Assembly: GCF_001644705.1 (NCBI RefSeq)
Contig: NZ_CP015137.1
Coordinates: 3,210,001 to 3,242,000, forward strand
Direction: 5' to 3'
Source of the DNA: Dickeya solani IPO 2222
GTDB lineage: Bacteria; Pseudomonadota; Gammaproteobacteria; Enterobacterales; Enterobacteriaceae
Length of the DNA: 32,000 nt
Positions 28,125 through 32,000 of the stretch are shown here, piece by piece. Every line of letters begins with the position of its first letter. The stretch's first letter is position 1. Made by a program: the position numbers and the translations under genes. The notes beneath the pieces were generated by a model, which was given only the letters and a program-made list of their open reading frames with translations, searched no databases and had not been told where the DNA came from.

Positions 28125-29480
28125 ATGCTGAATATTCTCTGGAACCTGGCTGCATTTATCGTGGCACTCGGTGTGCTTATCACCGTGCACGAGTTTGGGC
28201 ATTTCTGGGTTGCCCGCCGTTGCGGCGTTCGTGTCGAACGTTTCTCCATCGGATTTGGCAAGGCGCTGTGGCGTCGCCGCGATCGTCAGGGAACTGAGTA
28301 TGTGATCGCGCTGATTCCGTTGGGCGGCTATGTGAAAATGCTGGATGGTCGAGTCGATGAGGTGCCTGCGGCGCTTCAGCATCAGGCATTCAATCATAAG
28401 ACCGTGTGGCAGCGGGCGGCGATTGTCAGCGCCGGACCGATCGCTAACTTCATTTTTGCCGTTATCGCCTATTGGCTGGTGTTTATCATTGGCGTGCCGG
28501 GTATTCGCCCGGTGGTTGGCGAGGTTTTACCCGGTTCGATTGCCGCACAGGCCCAAATTTCGCCGGGGATGGAACTAAAGTCGATTGATGGCATCGAAAC
28601 GCCTGATTGGGATAGCGCGCGTTTGGCCCTGATTGGCAAGATTGGCGAACCTGACGTGGTGATTGAAACCGCGCCGTTGGGCGTCGCCAGAACCGAGAGT
28701 AAACGGCTTGAACTGCAAGACTGGCATTTTGATCCAGAAAGGCAGGATCCGGCGGTATCGCTGGGGATTGTGCCCAAAGGGCCGCAGGTCGAAGCGGTAC
28801 TGATGCAGGTTCAGCCGCACTCTGCGGCTGAAAAAGCGGGTTTGCAAGTCGGGGACAGGATCGTTAAAGTCGATGGTCAGCTGTTGGCTCGTTGGCAGCA
28901 GTTTGTCATTGTCGTGCGTGATAATCCAGGCAAGCCGATTACGCTGGAGGTGGAAAGAGGCGGAGGTTCGTTGTCCGTTACTCTGACGCCTGACAGTAAA
29001 ACGGTGGGGAAGAACCGGCTGGAAGGGTTTGCCGGTGTGGTGCCGAAAGTCACCCCTTTGCCTGATGAGTACAAAACCGTGCGCCAGTATGGGCCGTTCA
29101 GCGCCATCTATGAGGCTGGGAATAAAACCTGGCTGTTGATGAAACTGACAGTCAGTATGCTGGGTAAGCTGATTACCGGTGACGTGAAGCTGAATAATCT
29201 GAGCGGCCCGATCTCCATCGCGCAGGGAGCAGGCATGTCAGCAGACTACGGATTGGTGTATTACCTGATGTTTTTGGCGTTGATCAGCGTCAACCTGGGG
29301 ATTATCAATCTGTTCCCTCTGCCAGTACTGGATGGTGGTCATCTGCTCTTTCTGGCGATTGAAAAGCTGAAGGGTGGACCGGTTTCCGAGCGTGTGCAGG
29401 ACGTTAGCTATCGCATTGGCACGGTGTTGCTGATGATGTTAATGGGACTCGCACTTTTCAATGATTTCTCCCGCCTTTAG
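28125..29480 (+). CDS. rseP: Site-2 intramembrane zinc metalloprotease RseP
   Basis: 451 aa and collinear with E. coli RseP. Contains the HEFGHF zinc motif, the central PDZ region and [12 protein letters not shown]. Confidence 0.97.
   Translation: MLNILWNLAAFIVALGVLITVHEFGHFWVARRCGVRVERFSIGFGKALWRRRDRQGTEYVIALIPLGGYVKMLDGRVDEVPAALQHQAFNHKTVWQRAAIVSAGPIANFIFAVIAYWLVFIIGVPGIRPVVGEVLPGSIAAQAQISPGMELKSIDGIETPDWDSARLALIGKIGEPDVVIETAPLGVARTESKRLELQDWHFDPERQDPAVSLGIVPKGPQVEAVLMQVQPHSAAEKAGLQVGDRIVKVDGQLLARWQQFVIVVRDNPGKPITLEVERGGGSLSVTLTPDSKTVGKNRLEGFAGVVPKVTPLPDEYKTVRQYGPFSAIYEAGNKTWLLMKLTVSMLGKLITGDVKLNNLSGPISIAQGAGMSADYGLVYYLMFLALISVNLGIINLFPLPVLDGGHLLFLAIEKLKGGPVSERVQDVSYRIGTVLLMMLMGLALFNDFSRL
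28571..28598 (+). promoter_or_regulatory. Sigma-E-like promoter motif inside rseP (candidate internal promoter towards bamA)
   Basis: GGAACTA (28571..28577), 16 bp, TCGAA (28594..28598), compared with the sigma-E consensus GGAACTT-N16-TCNAA. Motif match only. I estimate roughly 0.1 such matches by chance in a window this size. Confidence 0.3.
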
Positions 29481-29514
29481 GTGTGGAACAGGTTAGGAAA
29501 AACGCATAACAACG

Positions 29515-31953
29515 ATGGCGATGAAAAAGTTGCTCATAGCGTCGCTGCTGTTTAGCAGCGCCACCGTATACGGTGCAGACGGGTTCGTAGTGAAAGATAT
29601 TCATTTCGAGGGCCTGCAGCGGGTTGCCGTCGGTGCGGCATTGCTCAGCATGCCTGTCCGGGTGGGAGATACCGTCTCTGACGAGGATATCGGTAACACC
29701 ATTCGGGCTTTGTTTGCGACCGGAAACTTCGAAGATGTCCGCGTCCTGCGCGATGGGGACTCACTGCTGATTCAGGTTAAGGAACGTCCGACGATTGCCA
29801 GCCTGACCTTTTCCGGCAACAAGGCGGTGAAGGAGGAGATGCTCAAAGAGAATCTTGAAGCCTCCGGTGTTCGCGTCGGTGAGGCGCTGGATCGCACCAC
29901 CTTGTCCAACATCGAGAAAGGGCTGGAGGATTTCTACTACAGCGTGGGTAAATACAGCGCCACGGTGAAAGCCGTAGTGACGCCGCTGCCCCGCAATCGC
30001 GTCGATCTCAAACTGGTGTTTACCGAAGGGGTATCCGCCAAGATCCAGCAAATCAACATCGTCGGTAACAAGTCCTTTAACTCTGATGAATTGATTTCCC
30101 GCTTCCAGTTACGTGATGAAGTACCGTGGTGGAACGTGGTTGGGGATCGCAAATACGAGAAGCAGAAACTTTCCGGCGACCTGGAAACCCTGCGCAGCTT
30201 TTATCTCGACCGCGGTTATGCTCGCTTCAATATCGATTCGACCCAGGTCAGTCTGACGCCGGACAAAAAAGGCATCTACATTACCATCAACATCACCGAA
30301 GGCGATCAGTACAAGCTGTCCGGCGTGGTGGTGCGCGGTAATCTGGTTGGCCATGCCACCGAAATTGAAGATCTGACCCGCGTCCAGTCGGGCGAGCTGT
30401 ATAACGGCACCAAAGTGACCCGGATGGAAGAGGACATCAAAAAACTGCTGGGACGTTATGGCTATGCCTATCCCCGCGTGGTGACCCAGCCGGAAATCAA
30501 CGATACCGACAAGACCGTGCGCCTGAACATCAACGTGGATTCCGGCAACCGATTCACCGTGCGCCGCATTCGCTTTGACGGCAACGATGTCTCCAAAGAT
30601 TCCGTACTGCGCCGTGAAATGCGTCAGATGGAAGGCGGCTGGCTCGGCAACGACCTGGTGCAACAGGGTAAAGAACGACTGAATCGCCTTGGCTATTTCG
30701 AAAGCGTGGATGTTGAAACCCAGCGCGTGCCGGGAACGCCGGATCAGGTAGACGTGGTCTACAAGGTCAAGGAGCGTAACACCGGTAGCCTTAACTTCGG
30801 TGTCGGTTTCGGTACTGAAAGCGGCATCAGTTTCCAGGCCGGCGTCCAACAGGACAACTGGCTGGGGACCGGTAACTCGGTTGGTATCAGCGGTACCCGT
30901 AACGACTACCAGACCTATGTCGAACTGTCGATGACCGATCCGTACTTCACGGTGGATGGCGTCAGTCTCGGCGGTCGTATTTTCTACAACAACTTTAAAG
31001 CGCTGGATGCTGACCTGTCCGACTACACCAACCAAAGTTATGGTGCGGGCACGACGTTGGGCTTCCCGGTCAATGAGAACAACTCATTGCGCGTCGGCGT
31101 TGATTATGTACACAACTCCCTGTCGGACATGAAACCGCAGGTGGCGATGTGGCGTTATCTGAACAAAGTTGGCGTGGATCCGGATCCAAGTGCTACGTCG
31201 AGCGCCAGCTTCAGTGCCAACGACTTCTTCCTGACGTCTGGCTGGACCTACAATAACCTTGACCGTGGTTACTTCCCGACAGCGGGCAACCGCGCTAACC
31301 TGAACGCCAAGGTGACCGTACCGGGTTCGGACAACGAATACTATAAACTGACCTTTGATTCGGCGAGTTACTTCCCGCTCAGCGAAAACCACAACTGGGT
31401 GCTGATGGCGCGAACCAAAGCCGGCTATGCCGATGGTCTGAGTGGTAAGGAAGTGCCGTTCTACGACAACTTCTTTGCCGGTGGTTCCAGTTCGGTGCGC
31501 GGTTTCCGCTCCAATACCATTGGTCCGAAAGCGGCTTATTATAATCAGGGTTCGAGTCAGAGTCAGAATTGTACATCGGCGAACGTGTCGTCTTGCACCA
31601 TTGACTCCACCAAAATGAGAGATGCGGTGGGCGGTAACGCGATGGCGGTCGCCAGTGCGGAACTGATCGTGCCGACGCCGTTCATTAGCGACAAGTACTC
31701 CAGCTCTATTCGTACATCTTTCTTCGTCGATGCCGGTACAGTGTGGGATACTCACTGGGAAAACACCGCTCAGACGCTGGCGGCCGGCGTGCCGGATTAC
31801 AGTACGCCTGGTAATATTCGTATGTCTTCAGGTCTTGCGGTGCAATGGATGTCGCCGCTGGGGCCGCTGGTGTTCTCCTATGCCCAGCCGTTTAAGAAAT
31901 ACGAAGGGGATCGCTCCGAGCAGTTCCAGTTTAACATCGGTAAGACCTGGTAA
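29515..31953 (+). CDS. bamA: Outer-membrane protein assembly factor BamA
   Basis: 812 aa and collinear with E. coli BamA ([21 protein letters not shown] ... five POTRA domains ... C-terminal [10 protein letters not shown]). Surface-loop segments diverge. Confidence 0.98.
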   Translation: MAMKKLLIASLLFSSATVYGADGFVVKDIHFEGLQRVAVGAALLSMPVRVGDTVSDEDIGNTIRALFATGNFEDVRVLRDGDSLLIQVKERPTIASLTFSGNKAVKEEMLKENLEASGVRVGEALDRTTLSNIEKGLEDFYYSVGKYSATVKAVVTPLPRNRVDLKLVFTEGVSAKIQQINIVGNKSFNSDELISRFQLRDEVPWWNVVGDRKYEKQKLSGDLETLRSFYLDRGYARFNIDSTQVSLTPDKKGIYITINITEGDQYKLSGVVVRGNLVGHATEIEDLTRVQSGELYNGTKVTRMEEDIKKLLGRYGYAYPRVVTQPEINDTDKTVRLNINVDSGNRFTVRRIRFDGNDVSKDSVLRREMRQMEGGWLGNDLVQQGKERLNRLGYFESVDVETQRVPGTPDQVDVVYKVKERNTGSLNFGVGFGTESGISFQAGVQQDNWLGTGNSVGISGTRNDYQTYVELSMTDPYFTVDGVSLGGRIFYNNFKALDADLSDYTNQSYGAGTTLGFPVNENNSLRVGVDYVHNSLSDMKPQVAMWRYLNKVGVDPDPSATSSASFSANDFFLTSGWTYNNLDRGYFPTAGNRANLNAKVTVPGSDNEYYKLTFDSASYFPLSENHNWVLMARTKAGYADGLSGKEVPFYDNFFAGGSSSVRGFRSNTIGPKAAYYNQGSSQSQNCTSANVSSCTIDSTKMRDAVGGNAMAVASAELIVPTPFISDKYSSSIRTSFFVDAGTVWDTHWENTAQTLAAGVPDYSTPGNIRMSSGLAVQWMSPLGPLVFSYAQPFKKYEGDRSEQFQFNIGKTW

Positions 31954-32000
31954 GCAGAATTGCCTGGTGCTTGAGGTTGAAAGGAAGATGTACCGGCATC

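Noticed and set aside
28162-28177. Sigma-54-like motif TGGCAC-N5-gTGCT inside the 5' end of rseP. A weaker TGGCAC-containing site lies on the minus strand near 5300 upstream of the GNAT operon, and TGGCAC-N5-cTGT near 25059 upstream of dxr
   Set aside because: These are single-motif matches at about the frequency expected by chance in 64 kb of two-strand sequence. The -12 GC element is imperfect or missing, no enhancer-binding-protein gene or UAS is nearby, and the rseP site is simply the codons for VALGVL.
31954-32000. Possible start of skp after bamA
   Set aside because: No ORF resembling the Skp signal peptide (MKKWLLAAGLGL...) begins in the remaining 47 nt. The gene presumably starts beyond the window.

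Overview
This is a chromosomal, mostly housekeeping segment of an Enterobacterales genome. Gene content, order and protein sequences closely follow E. coli K-12 as I recall it. The DNA looks more GC-rich than E. coli, and a Pectobacteriaceae-type host is only a guess.

I support 31 protein genes:
- Left block: argA (5' end only), amiC, mltA, a three-gene GNAT / 2-hydroxyacid dehydrogenase / GNAT operon, tcdA, csdE, csdA, gcvA, ygdD, rlmM, xni, ppnN, syd, yqcC, truC, yqcA.
- Right block: yaeH, dapD, glnD, map, rpsB, tsf, pyrH, frr, dxr, uppS, cdsA, rseP, bamA.

Four RNA genes are invisible to the ORF track: two identical initiator tRNA-fMet genes, the sRNA GcvB, and the CsrA-sequestering RNA CsrB/RsmB with upstream UvrY/GacA boxes. 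I also mark ARG boxes at argA, several intrinsic terminators, and the rpsB leader.

I see no CRISPR array, IS element, integrase, prophage or defence-type gene. I do not find a convincing novel multi-gene system.

The only non-core cargo is the translationally coupled GNAT-dehydrogenase-GNAT operon at the mltA/tcdA junction, which also carries a decayed third GNAT. Its function is unassigned. Secondary leads are all non-coding:
- tandem UvrY/GacA boxes upstream of csrB
- a promoter plus hairpin-T7 leader upstream of uppS
- nested repeats around the tsf ribosome-binding site
- a sigma-E-like promoter inside rseP

All homology statements come from by-eye comparison to sequences recalled from memory. 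No search was run.
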